64,000 nt of DNA. It comes from Antedon mediterranea. Lineage: Eukaryota; Animalia; Echinodermata. A program made the position numbers and the translations under genes. Position 1 is the stretch's first letter. Each line of letters starts with the position of its first letter. Positions 1 to 13,802 of the stretch are shown piece by piece. The stretch lies in NCBI RefSeq assembly GCF_964355755.1, contig NC_092674.1, positions 12,834,001-12,898,000 of the forward strand, read 5' to 3'. The notes below the pieces were generated by a model. That model ran no database searches and had not been told where the DNA came from. It saw nothing but the letters and a program-made list of their open reading frames with translations.

Positions 1-177
1 TTAAATTACTTGACATGTTCCGATAAATATATTCGCATCATCAGAATTGTAATCAAAGCCAAGAATACTTGTATACGTACAAAGTTGCGTTTAAATGAGT
101 CAATAATTAGAATGAGAATAGATTTATCGAAACATGTCAAGTAATTTTAAGACGGCCCACATTTTCATTAAATGCCT
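1..177. mobile_element. Partial copy (window edge) of the hairpin MITE at 10527-10731
   Basis: Same sequence ending ...cattaaatgcct followed by TA. Confidence 0.7.
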
Positions 178-1260
178 TATGATATTATTGATTATCAATC
201 GTAATTTGGTGGTATTATACATGATGTGCCTGTTTATGTACAGTGAAAGAGCTTATTTTAGTATCCTATAATAGTAATATATTTTCTATATAGGAGAATA
301 TGGTATTTCAAATCAGGTACAAAAGCCGACGATCCAAGCGAATTACATGTTTAAGTTTTAAAAAAATCGGAAAACATTCATTTCTTATTTTCAAAACACC
401 TTGCAAATCGACGCAGTCCGATGGCATTCGTGACTGGCGGAACAACGCAACAAAAATGAAAAACGAAAATGGCATGTTGTGTTTTCTGTAGGCCTATACA
501 GTAATTAGTTTCTCAGATACCACCGTTGACAGTAGTAGAATTGGGTGTTTATTTCAAGCTCACATAAACGGGCAAAGAAATCCTCGTTATTAAAAAAAAC
601 ATTTAAACTTTTTCACTATAGTATATTTAAATTATCTACTTATTAATTTATTTATATAATGTTTTCTCTTTTTACTTGGTTATTTAAAACAAACGGAAAA
701 CATTCAAGTTGAAATTTGTTATGTTAATTATACCCACAGATTGCACTATTTTCTTTATAGTTAATTAGGTACTCTTTTCGTACTGTTGGGAATTTCAGTT
801 CAATTATTTTCCAAAATAGTGGTACACAACAATGAAAGAAAATGTGAAAACAACATTTTTGTTACGTTCTTGTCATTAGAAATATTCTTGCAACTGAGGT
901 GAACTTTGAAAATGCCGGTCAGATATAAAAAAAAAAAACAGTTACAAGGAATAAATTAGCAATTGTCACTGCATACTCATCCATCAAACTAGCCGCCATC
1001 GAGCAAATATTCAATTCCATGAATCTTATGAGGGTTAGTTTTATAGGAACAATGGTACTTTTTTTATTTGTTTTGGCAATTAATGCAATTAAAGCGTAAT
1101 TAATTCGTCATATTCCATTTGGAATACTACTACCTGTAAAATGACTAGAATGTTCTGATTTGTTAATTTTTAAATTATATTATATACAGAATTATATATT
1201 ATCTAAAATGTTCGGGTAGCTCCCATGCATGCGGCTTTTGGCCTTAATGGAAGTCCTTTT
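1..1260 (+). repeat. Local segmental duplicate of about 10555-11750 plus 12990-13050
   Basis: Long high-identity match; ORFs 300..491 and 10852..11037 are near-identical translations of it. Parts recur more diverged at about 29410-29830. Confidence 0.9.
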
Positions 1261-2564
1261 GTATATTTTTTTCTTTTTTTACAGTATAATTTAATTTTGT
1301 TTAAACTACAGGCGTGGCCCGTGAAAAAAAAATCAAAATATATGTGTCGCCATCAACGGCAAATATTGGAGCAGAGCAAAAACTACATCAACCAGGAAAT
1401 CACGAAATTAATTTTATACCGCGGACGATTGAAAATCTGCCGATTAAATCAGAAAGGTTGTTTTAAAACCTTTCTGCCTAAGAGAGAAATATTATTAAAT
1501 CTACGTTTCGCGGTACATCTGAGATAGATAATGTAGGTATGCAAGGCGGAAATCTTTTTCCATTGTGTTCAAAAGTAACCATAATTGAAGTATAGATACA
1601 CTAACATCGTGGAGCACATTTAGCTCGTAGTATCATGTACGTGCACATAGCATCGCATTGGTAAGTCACAAACATATTAGTGAAATGCACAACACTGCAG
1701 TAATAGTTATTAATTCATAAAGGTTATGAAATAATCAAATTAAACAAAGGTCTATCCTTACACGTACGAAAAAAACACCAACAGTTATCTAACAACACGT
1801 ATTCCTTACTTTTGCGAAAACACTGAAAGAACGAATGATTACATATTATGCTTAATTCTGGAATAGGTATGCACAATGTAAAACGCATAGCACCAACTCC
1901 GTGTCGGTTTTTACAACAGCTGTTCCATGCGTCTAATGTCTTAGAAAAGATAGTATTAGTGTTTTTAATGTCATCGGTAGACTTTTAACAGTCACCGGTA
2001 AAGTAACTTCCGAGTTCGTCATCACTTTGCGATTTCCAACTTCGCTGTAGTCACAATAAAACCTCTGTACAAAACGCTTGCAGCTGTCCTGAAAACTAAA
2101 CACTTCATCCGGTAGTGGTAACTAGTATGAGTTTTAATTATGATAAAGTGACTTTTGAACTGGCAGCTACGACTAAAAATATATCTAGGCTCCAAATTCT
2201 GTTCAGGTAACACATTTTGAATGCTAAATTCTTACTATTGGTTTCATTTTACCGTTACTTGGAGGAGATATGTTTTTTTTTAATGTTTATAAAATCAAAT
2301 GAAAATCTTTATTCATATCCATTTATTGTATCATTTTGCATAAAATACATTGTTACTCTGCAGCACAATACAATGTAAAACAGAAAACTGAAAAAACCAC
2401 GACATATCATTCTCTAAAATTCAGTGCCCTAAAGGAATTATGGTAACAATGATTACGGAATCTATTACGAGAGGTGATGGACCTTTTTTTTAACGTCAAA
2501 ATAGTGCATTGGATAGGTTAGGTTTTGCAAAATTGAATGTGTTTCCTCAGTAAAGTATCTTATA

Positions 2565-3300
2565 ACAAGGCCAACAGCCATTAAGTCGCGTGCTACAATG
2601 CATAGTGATACAGGACCGACAGACAGACCGACAGACCGACAGACAGACAGACCGACAGACCGACAGACAGACCGACCGACCGACATAGTGAACTATACTG
2701 ACCGAAATTACTGTTTAAAAATGTTGAAATATTTAAAAACATTTATATTTTTTTTAATTTACACGTGCGTAGCCTGTCACTTTTGACGTGCTCGTATAAC
2801 GTAATTTCGAGTTGAAAAGTAAGTCAAGAAAACAGAAATCGGGCAAAAAGAGTGCGCAATAACATTTAACGCGCAGTGGGCGCGCAAAAATATGCGCACT
2901 CATGGCAATTTTGTAAACGCTTAAAATTGCCTGAAACGTACTCCTATTTCATAGAAAATAAATTAAAAAAATTTTAAGCGCACGTACGCATGCGTTACAT
3001 GCGTTACGCACGTAATTGTATTGCCATATGATGATTTATGCCCTGAAATTTATGAGTACCAAATTTTATTTAATTGTGATTCATGGTTGTGAAGATATGA
3101 TTACAAACGTAATTTCGTTAAATCGTGCGTAGACCGCGTAATTTTGTATTGCGCACCGTGAAAACATAACCACATCGATTCCTGCCCATAAGGAATATAC
3201 TGTGAAAAATTGACCTATCTAGATTAAACTGATATCAAAATAAGGTCAGAAAGCGATAAAACGCATAGTGATACCGGACCGACAGACCGACAAACCGACA
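2565..3300. mobile_element. Non-autonomous Helentron/DINE-1-like element with internal (GACA/GACC)n microsatellite
   Basis: gaccgacagacagaccgac arrays at 2613-2683 and 3277-3300. Absent from the paralogous site at about 63725. Family assignment rests on architecture only. Confidence 0.5.
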
Positions 3301-4612
3301 CTCAACCATCACCGTGATGATATCGGGATATCTGCGTTAACGCACTCAGTGTAACAAACATCTTGAAATACACTCATACTCTATAAACTGAAAACATGTA
3401 TAGTGCTGAATTATGTCTATTATGTGTCATATAGTACTAAGTGCGAATAACCAATAAAGTAGTGGTTTTTTTTCGTAAAGAAAGCAATGCATTTAATTCG
3501 ATATTTTTCTTGATAGTATAATATTCAATTGTTTGGTGTATATCACTGTTATGAGTCCAGGTAAGCACAACTGTGACATCTATTGTCTATAAACGTCTAT
3601 AAATTTCAAGTCCTTTATTGTCTGACTTCGTTTTGAATGAAGTTATAGGCCTTCAAATTCAAATGTCAAATGAATACTAATATTGGTGTCCTTTCTACAT
3701 GATCTCAAACTCTTCCGTAGTCACCTAATCGACCAACAATATTGGTATGCATACAGAGAGTCATGTCAGGAATAAACAATGTAAGTCGCTTATTACGAAG
3801 ATGGACCTATTTCATTATGTAACTGCTGTTGTCACTATGATATTATTTACGTACATAATTTGTATAATTAATGTTTATCTATTGTGTAATCAGTTATGTT
3901 TTCAGATTGAACTTAACTGATTTTAAATCAATGGGAGCTCATCAGTTATATACATTATAATGATTTCAGATTTGACAAAATAATTAAAACTGATTACTTT
4001 CCGATTATCAGAAAGCTTAAATGTGTTAATATTTACATAAACAATGGTACGAAGACGTAAACTTACTGCGAGCTTCTGCATTTAATATATACTATTAAGA
4101 GGCTAATTATGGCTATTTCAAATAACAGTTCGGAATAGTTGGATTTTGTTGCTTATGTTCGAAATTGTCTTTTATTTCAAACTCACAAAAAGGGGCAATG
4201 AAAATGTCGTTATTAAAAACATTATTTAAAGCTTATTCAGTATAGTTAAATTATTCAATTATTCATTTAGTTATATGTGTTGTTCAATTTTTTTTTCTTT
4301 TTCCTTGGTTTGATAAAACATGTTAGTGATAAAATGCTAATATTAGTTTATTAATGAAAAAGATCTTAATTTAAATAAACATTTCAATTAGCTGTACGCG
4401 AGTGCAAATAAAACAACTAAATGAATATGTATTTTGCAAAAAGCTAAAATTATGTTTTCGAGAATTGTTGTTTTTTTTAGAACACACTACTAAGTGGTTG
4501 GTGTAACTTCACATTTATGATATATTGAAACATTATATGTTAATTAGTCACCTTAATATGGACCTTTGCCATATACGATGATTTAAAATTCAGAGTTTTA
4601 GTATTATAGTAT

Positions 4613-5245
4613 TACAGTTAAACCCCCATGATCGGTCACCTCCCGAAAGCTGCCTCCCTTAACGGCCGTACTTTCGAAAAGCCTGTTTGTTCTTCATCTA
4701 AATAGTGGACCATCTCACGTGAGCGCCATCTCACGTGAGCGGCCGCGTAAAATTTGGTTACAACACATTAGATTATTTGTATGGTAAATTACCTCCCGTA
4801 AGCGGCCACACAACAACAATACATGGCTGCAGTCGCGTGCGCAAATTTCAGTTAGTGTTTACCGACCGACCGAAGTATCAAAATACAATTTTCATACTTA
4901 TATTGTGCTTTAGGCTATATAATAATTAGCTTTATTTCGAAGCGGTTTTAAAATATTTATGTGAAGAATATTCCTGTGTTTTTTTAGATGAGATAGGCCT
5001 AACTACACTTTTTGATTTTGACCGACCGGTTTCTCTGAAAATCATAAATAATACTAAACCATCTGATCATAAACAATACAATACAATTAACTAGAGACTG
5101 TAGAGGCCCGTTGTGTTAAGAAAGCCGAAAAATATCGTGCATAGCCATAATACGTGATTTTGATTTTGGCCCTCTATCGGCAGAACCTCAAGTAACCGGC
5201 CACTTTTCAATGTCATAAAATAAGGCAATTAATAGGAGTTGATAC
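4613..5245. mobile_element. Degenerate Tc1/pogo-type MITE; partial second copy at about 46392-46530
   Basis: Begins TA-CAGTTAAACCCCC with repeated acctc..tgagcggcc/aagcggcca subterminal motifs. The right end is eroded. Confidence 0.45.
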
Positions 5246-6084
5246 CTTAGTGGTTATAACAGCCCAGGTCTATAGTCTACTTTAGTTAAGTATGGTCAAC
5301 ATCATGAATTCCAGAAAAGTGAGTGCTAAATTAAACTAAATTTGAACTTATCAAGCCCACATTTTTGTCGCAAATACTGTACTGTAGGAGAAATCCAAGC
5401 GTAAGCAACAGAAGAAAAGATGTCATAAGTAAGCCCATTAATTACAATTTTCACGGTTGGTCTCTTCGAAAAATAGAGAACCCTACGAACCCTCTTGCTT
5501 TGAGCTTGTCCTTCACTTTGACGAGTTCGAGTTATCCTCGTTAACGCACACCCTGCAACTAACATGAAATACACATACAGTACTCTATGACGCGAAAAAA
5601 TATGTTTATAGTGTTCTGAATTGTGTCTATTCTGTGTCATACAATATTAAGTGCGAATAACCAATAAGTAAAGGTTAATATTCTATTCTGTTCCGTTTAT
5701 TCAGTAAAGCTTAAATTTCAATCAGATATGTTACTTTCCACTATGATGACACGATTACGAAATCAGCAACAGTTGACCACATACGAATGACAATCGGTTC
5801 TTTTTAGTGGGCTGAATTATTAACATTAATTGATTTAAACGGCCACTAACTGTCAGTAGTATAATAAAACTAATTCCCACTTGTACAGAGAATTTGACAT
5901 GAAAACTTTTACATACAATATCATTTCACTATAAATCTTTGATATCATGTGTATATAAACAACACTGAATGTGTTTACAATTGTCATGTCACGGGAATAC
6001 GGTTGAGTTTCATAGGAAACAAAGTTGTAGAGATTATAAGTTTCTGAAATATACTGTATTTATACTGTACTTTTCAATCATATA

Positions 6085-6419
6085 TCCCACGTGTTACCAG
6101 AATTTGGAATAACTTACCCAGTGAAATCCGCAACTTAAATAGTTCTGTTTGTTCTTTTAAAACCAAATAACTTAATTATCTCAATATTTATTTTTTAAAT
6201 AATTTTGATATTGAAAAAGTGTGTAGTTGGTCGCTTTCTTGTAGATGCTTTAATTGTAGAACGTTATTTATTTATTTTTCTTATATTTTTCTGTTCTGGT
6301 TTGACCAACTAGCATAGGGGTTTAGCACCTGTTTGGTATTTCCGTGCCTCCTTTTATAATTGTTTTGTTTTCTTTGTTATGTATATGGCAGAAATTGAAT
6401 AAATAAATAAATAAATAAA
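6085..6419 (+). mobile_element. 3' end fragment of a CR1-group LINE
   Basis: Translates PRVTRIWNNLPSEIR...CSWSLSCRCFNCR, followed by a 3' UTR and (AAAT)n tail. Confidence 0.7.
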
Positions 6420-7240
6420 CACATTATGTATTCAATTATCTCAACACAAATACCAATTGAAATGCCATGGTTTCTGTGATTAGTTCTTTAGTTCTTTAAA
6501 ATATGTCTACTTAATCTTTCCATCTCTTCTGAAAACTGTTTTCAATACAATCAATTGCCTGTTGTAGATACAAACAAGGAAAACGCTTATTCATCATTAC
6601 TAACAAATAAGTTATCAATGATAGTTATTTCTTCAGGTTGATGTACTTACATTTCCATCACATAACCCTTACCTTCTATCACGTAAAGTATTAAGAGTAC
6701 ACGCCGGTTCATGTGCGCCATATTATTGCTCATATATTCTTTACTAAAATAATTTTGCAAGCACGTTAACTGTATTGATTCAACATTACTTTGTTTATCA
6801 ATATTGGGGTTGTATATTCATATGAAGTAATAATATTAACAAGGTCAAAACTCGGGAAACCAAATTTTCTGGAAAAAAGCAATGGATTTGATACTGCATG
6901 ACATTTTTTTCTGTTATTAACCATAATAGAAAGTAAAAATAAAATGTCAACTATTGCTATATTTTGGGGATAAAGGTCACCAAATACAGGCCAAAATACC
7001 AAAAAAATCATATTTTTAAAATAAAACCATTATAATGGTTTAGATTCACGGTAATTCTAGAAACAGCAGCGAATTTATCAAAACTGTTGTTTTTGCTCTT
7101 TTAAATTGAAATTTCATGGTTTCTCCCAGTTTCCATGGTTACAAGACACTATTAAAATTTACCAAACATAACATTATTAGTGGATTTATATTTAATATGT
7201 CTTCTTCCTAAACAATATTAAAAAGTTTGGATTGCCAAAT

Positions 7241-7291
7241 TTACCATTTTTGGACTTTTGGCACACTTTGAATTGATTCTGTCCCACTGTG
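7241..7291 (-). mobile_element. Single terminus of a Transib-like DNA transposon (CACAGTGGG end)
   Basis: Minus strand starts CACAGTGGGACAGAATC; host homology to about 55888 (ccacgggccaagagg) resumes immediately after 7291. No partner end found. Confidence 0.45.
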
Positions 7292-7416
7292 CCATGGGCC
7301 AAGAGCTATTCCTTTATTATTCTATTTTTTATTTTTTTTTAAATCGTGACCCTTTATAAGTTGTTGTATATGATGTGCCAGCGTGTTACGTTCTAGACAT
7401 TGGAATAGTAAACAAC

Positions 7417-10056
7417 TAATAGTAAAAAAAACGTGAAACGAATTGTAAACGTCTGTCCAGCATTAGAGATAATGTTAAAATTCTCATCTGGAAAGAGGTA
7501 ATAGGTGCATGGCGTAATTTTATTTCTATTCATTATCCAAAGTCTGTTGACGAGCTATTACGAATGCAAATTTGGAATAATGAAGTAATAAGAATAGGCA
7601 ACGAATGTATAAGATATGGAAATTGCGAAAGATAAAGCTATTTTGTTTAATTCATTTTTTCATTCTGTTTTTCAAAAATCTAGTTTAAGTATCACTGACC
7701 AACTATTCTCCCTGAATCATCCCTTGATTATTTAAGTATACCTGATATTCAGCCGGATTCTGTTTACAAATTGCTTACGTCTATCAAACCACATAAAGCT
7801 TCTGGCTGTGATGAGCTGAGTAACCATGTTTTAAAAGTTTGTGCGAAACCTCTCTCTATTCCTATCTGTTCTATTTTTAACAAATCTCTGACTTTTGGTA
7901 AATTCCCATCTTTCTGGAAGCAATCTAATGTTGTTCCTATCTACAAATCTGGTTCCAAGAAATCCGTCACCAATTACAGACCGATTTCAATTTTGCCTAC
8001 CATCTCAAAACTTTTCGAACGAGTCATGTATAATCACATTTGGTCCCATGTTCATTCTACCATCTCTCTCTATCAGCATGGTTTCGTTCCCAACAGGTCA
8101 TGTGAAACAAATCTTGCTTGTCTTCTGACAACTGTGTATGATGCCATCAAGGGCAGAGCACAATGTGATGTTATATATACTGACTTCTCAAAAGCTTTTG
8201 ATTTGGTGCCACACAATCTTCTTATTTTTAAACTTCAACGACTTGGTTTTAATCCTCATCTTTTGTCCTGGTTCAGAAGCTATTTGGATGGTAGACATCA
8301 ACGTGTAGTTATCGATGGCGAGGCATCTGAGTGGCTTCCAGTTCATTCCGGTGTTCCTCAGGGGTCAATCCTCGGTCCCCTCCTTTTTAATTTGTATGTG
8401 AACGATATTCCATCGCTGTTTCGCTATTCAGATTGTCTTATGTTTGCTGACGATCTAAAAATTATTAAAACTATCAACAGTTATGAAGATGCTGAAATGC
8501 TTCAGGGAGACCTTACTAAATTTAGTTCCTGGTCCACTTTGTGGGGCATGATGTTAAACTCTTCCAAGTGCAATATTTTGTCCTTTACTTTAAATAAAAA
8601 TAAAATTGTTTATTTCTATTCCGTCGACGACAAACCTATTAATAAGGTGCATCAACATCGTGATCTCGGTATTATTTTAGATAGTTCCCTTACTTTTTCT
8701 TTTCATGTTGATCATCTTCTAAATAAATGCAATAAGCTGCTTGGGCTGATGTGGTGCAATGGAAAATATCTCGGTCGTTCTTCCAAAGTTTATCTATATA
8801 TCACCTTAATCCAACCTAATTTAGACTTTTGTTCTGTTATTTACAATTCAATCTCCAAAACCCAAGCCTCACGTATTGACCGACTCTATTCTAGATTTTT
8901 GCGCTACATCAGCCACAACCACAATCAGAATAATCTTTTTAAATGTAACAATCTGTATAATTGTGATGATAAAAAAATATATCCTATATCTCCCCCTTCA
9001 TTACGAAGATGTCACAATGATCTTATTTTTCTTATTTTAAGTGGCGGATTTGTTTCTGCTGTTGTTTTTGGTTTTAAAAATAAAATAAAAAAAAAAAAAA
9101 AAAAAAAATTGGGAAAAAGCACGTATTCTGTTTGTTAATGATTTGTTTAACAGCAATGGGCAATTTATGAATAAAAAAGAAGTCGAAGATACTTATGGAA
9201 TTAAGATAAATTTTATAAAATTAATAGGATTAAGAAGGCTTCTTATGGAAAAAATTAACAATTTAATGATATTTGAAATAAAAAAATCAGTTTTGCCAGA
9301 TATTCCATTTCATATAAAAAGTACTCTTTCAACAAAGAAAGGGATGTCGTATTTTTTATGATGTTTTAAATAACTCAATGTTTAAATCATGGAAAGCACA
9401 AAAGAAATGGGCAGAGAATAAATTTGTATTCAATAACGAACAATTGAAAACTATCTACCTAGCTCCATAATAATATTATATATTATACGTGTACAATGAA
9501 TATTGTTTTAATATATTTTCAATATAAAATTGTAAACAGAATAATTGCAACAAATGAACAATTATTTAAAATGAATATAAAAGAAACTTCAATGTGCTCA
9601 TTTAGAGATGGTAAAACCGAAACCAATTAGCATTTGTTCTGTAATTGTGCAATAGTAAAAAGGATATGGAACCTTCTCCAGGAAAAAATTTCAGAAAAAA
9701 CTGGAGTGCAATTTATTTTTAGTAAATAGAGCATAATTTTCGGATACCAAGATGCGCATCAGTTTTTTATTCTAATTGTAAAATCATTTATTTATAAATG
9801 TAAACTAGTTAAACGTATGCCAAATATCAAAATGGTTATGAACGAGTTAAAAAGGTTTTATGAAACGGAAAAATGTATTTATCATCAGAATTTCCAGGAC
9901 AGTATTTTAAATAGAAAATGGATAAAATTAGAAGCATTTATAAATCAGATGGATATCTTTGTTGTTTTTGTTTGATTTTATATTTTTTATTTGATTATGT
10001 TTTTCCTTTGTAATGTATTATATGATGAAAAAAATAAATAAATAAAAAAATAAAAA
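7417..10056 (+). mobile_element. 5'-truncated L1/Tx1-type LINE (ORF2 C-terminus, degenerate), split by a nested RT insertion
   Basis: IWNNEVIRIG...NW|EKARILFVNDLF and FQYKIVNRII...SMCSF...HLFCNCAIVKRIW zinc-knuckle region. A-rich tail; 13-bp TSD aatagtaaacaac at 7404-7416 and 10057-10069; empty site at about 56020. Confidence 0.8.
7631..9105 (+). pseudogene. CR1/Jockey-group non-LTR reverse transcriptase fragment (ORF 7771-9138), 5' truncated, poly(A) tailed
   Basis: RT motifs NYRPISIL, QHGF, DFSKAFD, GVPQGSILGP, FADD; poly(A) near 9090-9108; imperfect duplication aaattg(c/g)gaaa at 7620-7630 and 9106-9116. Confidence 0.9.
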
Positions 10057-10526
10057 AATAGTAAACAACCAAATAAAAGTGACATTGGGCAGACTTGTAA
10101 ATGGTAGTTGCGAATGAATTGCCGTTTCTTACAAAGGGAGCATACCGCCTCTCGAAACTACGTATGTTGGTACCTGTATGTGTATAGCATGGCCCCCGGT
10201 TGTCGACGCGTGAGCTGGGCCAACTTCTAAATATATTTACTCTATAAATATTTCTTACAGAGGGACACCGCCAGATTAAGTGCGTCCTATCACTAGTAAG
10301 TAACTTGATTCAGATTTCTAACTACAGGACAGATATTGACGCGTAAACCACAATGAAAATTAGTTTGTCAATTAGTTGACGTTTTACTGTAATATTAAAT
10401 ATATTTGTTACTAGAAATTAGTTTGATAAATTATATTTTACAAAATTAGTAGACCTAATCGTTTTCCCCTAATAAATTAAGGGGGTGGGGGTGGGACACG
10501 TGTTTGTTTATGAGTGAGAATCAATA

Positions 10527-10731
10527 AGGCATTTCATTAAAATGCAGACCGTCTTAAATTACATTGACATGTTACGATAAATATATTCTCATCATCAGAA
10601 CTGTAATCAAAGCCTAGATTACTTGTATACGTACAAAGTTGCGTTTAAATGAGTCAATAATTAGCATGAGAATAGATTTATCGAAACATGTCACGTAATT
10701 TTAAGACGGTCCACATTTTCATTAAATGCCT
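10527..10731. mobile_element. About 205-bp hairpin MITE with TA target duplication (Tc1/mariner-type)
   Basis: About 65-bp imperfect inverted arms aggcattt...aaatgcct flanked by TA on both sides. The paralogous locus at about 56490 (gagaatcaata) lacks it. Confidence 0.75.
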
Positions 10732-11131
10732 TATGATATTATTTGATTATCAATCGTAATTTGGTGGTATTATACATGATGTGCCTGTTTATGTACAGTG
10801 AAAGAGCTTATTTTAGTATCCTATAGTAATATATTTTCCATATAAGAGAATATGGTATTTCAAATCTGGTACAAAAGCCGACGATCCAAGCGAATTACAT
10901 GTTTAACAAAAATCGGAAAACACTCATTTGTTATTTTCAAAACACATTGCAAATCGGCGAGGTCCGATGGCATTCGTGACTGCCGGAACAACGCAACAAA
11001 AATGAAAAACAAAAATGGCATGTTGTGTTTTCTGTAGGCCTTTCTCAGAAACCACCATTGACAGTAGCAGAATTGGGTGTGTATTTCAAGCTCACATAAA
11101 CGGGCAAAGAAATCCTCGTTATTAAAAAAAA

Positions 11132-12990
11132 AACATTATTTAAGCTTATTCACTATAGTATATTTAAATTATCTACTTATTAATTTATTTATATATTGTT
11201 TTCTCTTTTTACTTGGTTAGATAAAACATGTTACCGAGAAACGGAAAACATTCTAGTTGAAATTGTTTATGTTAATTATACCCACAGATTGTACAATTTT
11301 CTTTATACTTAATTAGGTACTCTTTTCATACTGTTGGGAATTGATAAATATTTCAGTTCAATTATTTTCCAAAATAGTGGTACACAACAATGAAAGAAAA
11401 TGTGAAAACAACATTTTGTTAAGTTCTTGTCAATATTAATATTCTTGCGACTGAGGTAAACTTCGAAAATGTCAGATATCAAAAAAAAGTTACAAGGAAT
11501 AAATTAGCAGTTGTCAACTGCGTACTCATCCATCAAACTAGCCGCCAAATATTTAATTCCATGATTCTTATGAGGGTTAGTTTTATAGGAACAATAGTAC
11601 CTTTTTTATTTGTTTTGGCAATTAATGCAATTAAAGCGTAATTAATTCGACATATTCAATTTGGAATAATACGTCCTGTAAAATGACTAGAATGTTCTGA
11701 TTTGTTAATTTTTAAATGATATTATATACAGAATTATATAATTATTATTTAACATTATTTAAGCTTATTCACTATAGTATATTTAAATTATCTACTTATT
11801 AATTTATTTATATATTGTTTTCTCTTTTTACTTGGTTAGATAAAACATGTTACCGAGAAACGGAAAACATTCTAGTTGAAATTGTTTATGTTAATTATAC
11901 CCACAGATTGTACAATTTTCTTTATACTTAATTAGGTACTCTTTTCGTACTGTTGGGAATTGATAAATATTTCAGTTCAATTATTTTCCAAAATAGTGGT
12001 ACACAACAATGAAAGAAAATGTGAAAACAACATTTTGTTAAGTTCTTGTCAATATTAATATTCTTGCGACTGAGGTGAACTTCGAAAATGTCAGATATCA
12101 AAAAAAAAGTTACAAGGAATAAATTAGCAGTTGTCAACTGCGTACTCATCCATCAAACTAGCCGCCAAATATTTAATTCCATGAATCTTATGAGGGTTAG
12201 TTTTATAGGAACAATAGTACCTTTTTTATTTGTTTTGGCAATTAATGCAATTAAAGCGTAATTAATTCGACATATTCAATTTGGAATAATACGTCCTGTA
12301 AAATGAATAGAATGTTCTGATTTGTTAATTTTTAAATGATATTATATACAGAATTATATAATTATTATTTAACATTATTTAAGCTTATTCACTATAGTAT
12401 ATTTAAATTATCTACTTATTAATTTATTTATATATTGTTTTCTCTTTTTACTTGGTTAGATAAAACATGTTACCGAGAAACGGAAAACATTCTAGTTGAA
12501 ATTGTTTATGTTAATTATACCCACAGATTGTACAATTTTCTTTATACTTAATTAGGTACTCTTTTCGTACTGTTGGGAATTGATAAATATTTCAGTTCAA
12601 TTATTTTCCAAAATAGTGGTACACAACAATGAAAGAAAATGTGAAAACAACATTTTGTTAAGTTCTTGTCAATATTAATATTCTTGCGACTGAGGTGAAC
12701 TTCGAAAATGTCAGATATCAAAAAAAAAGTTACAAGGAATAAATTAGCAGTTGTCAACTGCGTACTCATCCATCAAACTAGCCGCCAAATATTTAATTCC
12801 ATGAATCTTATGAGGGTTAGTTTTATAGGAACAATAGTACCTTTTTTATTTGTTTTGGCAATTAATGCAATTAAAGCGTAATTAATTCGACATATTCAAT
12901 TTGGAATAATACGTCCTGTAAAATGACTAGAATGTTCTGATTTGTTAATTTTTAAATGATATTATATACAGAATTATATAATTATTATTT
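11132..12990 (+). repeat. Three near-identical tandem copies of a 620-bp unit
   Basis: Units start aacattatttaagcttattc at 11132, 11751 and 12371; ORFs 11928..12149 and 12548..12769 are identical and 620 bp apart. Confidence 0.95.
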
Positions 12991-13802
12991 AAAATGTTCG
13001 GGTGGCTTCCATGTATGCGGCTTTTGGCCTTAATGGAAGTCCTTTTTTTTTTGTATATTTTTTGCTTTGTATTTTCAATTAAACTGACATATTACTATTG
13101 AAACCGAATTTAAACATTTTAACAAGCTTTTTATGATCGTCACAAAATGCCAAGATACATTAAAAGAACGCTCATCGCCAGATCTATGTATAGTAATCAG
13201 AAACATTCAAACAAAAATGATGTTGTTGTGATGTCTGTGGTGGGTGCTAGGCGTTCATTTGGGGAGTCATTTGTTGGTAACATTTTATAATAAAATAGAT
13301 TCCCCTAGATATGAACAAGTACAACACCGTATTTGATATTATCAAGAAGTGATAACAGTTAAAAGTTGTATGAAAATGTTTGGTAAATAAATATGATATA
13401 GCAGTCAATGAATTATTCAACAAGTATTATTGTGTTTGTTTATAATACAGTAGTGTGTTTATAAATGTACGTGGCGGGGCGTTTATTAGAGGGTGGAGGC
13501 TTGATATTTCAAAGATGTTTTTTGGGGGAGGGGGCGTTTATTCAAATAAATGCGGTAGGCTTAATTGGTATAATCAATACATGATTTAGTTCTAATCAAA
13601 CACCAAATAATGAAAATCATCAGTGAACTGTTTCGGCATAAGGAAAACGTTTTAAACGGCTTGCAGCATTGGTCAAACCACTCCGTGTCTCAATGGCGAT
13701 ACAGTACATGCAGAGTATCAGAACGTACCAGTTCCAGAAACGGATGAAATACGAATTTAATTAAGTATTAAAGCAAACATAACAACGGACGAAGATTAAT
13801 TG

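Noticed and set aside
300-491. Short ORFs conserved in two copies (300..491/10852..11037, 25193..25375/51407..51589, 48083..48265/48898..49101)
   Set aside because: Conservation is explained by recent DNA duplication; no domain similarity, splice structure or coding bias.
2465-2786. Repetitive ORFs (SVGLSVCR / TDRPTDRQ)
   Set aside because: Translations of a GACA/GACC microsatellite inside a transposon.
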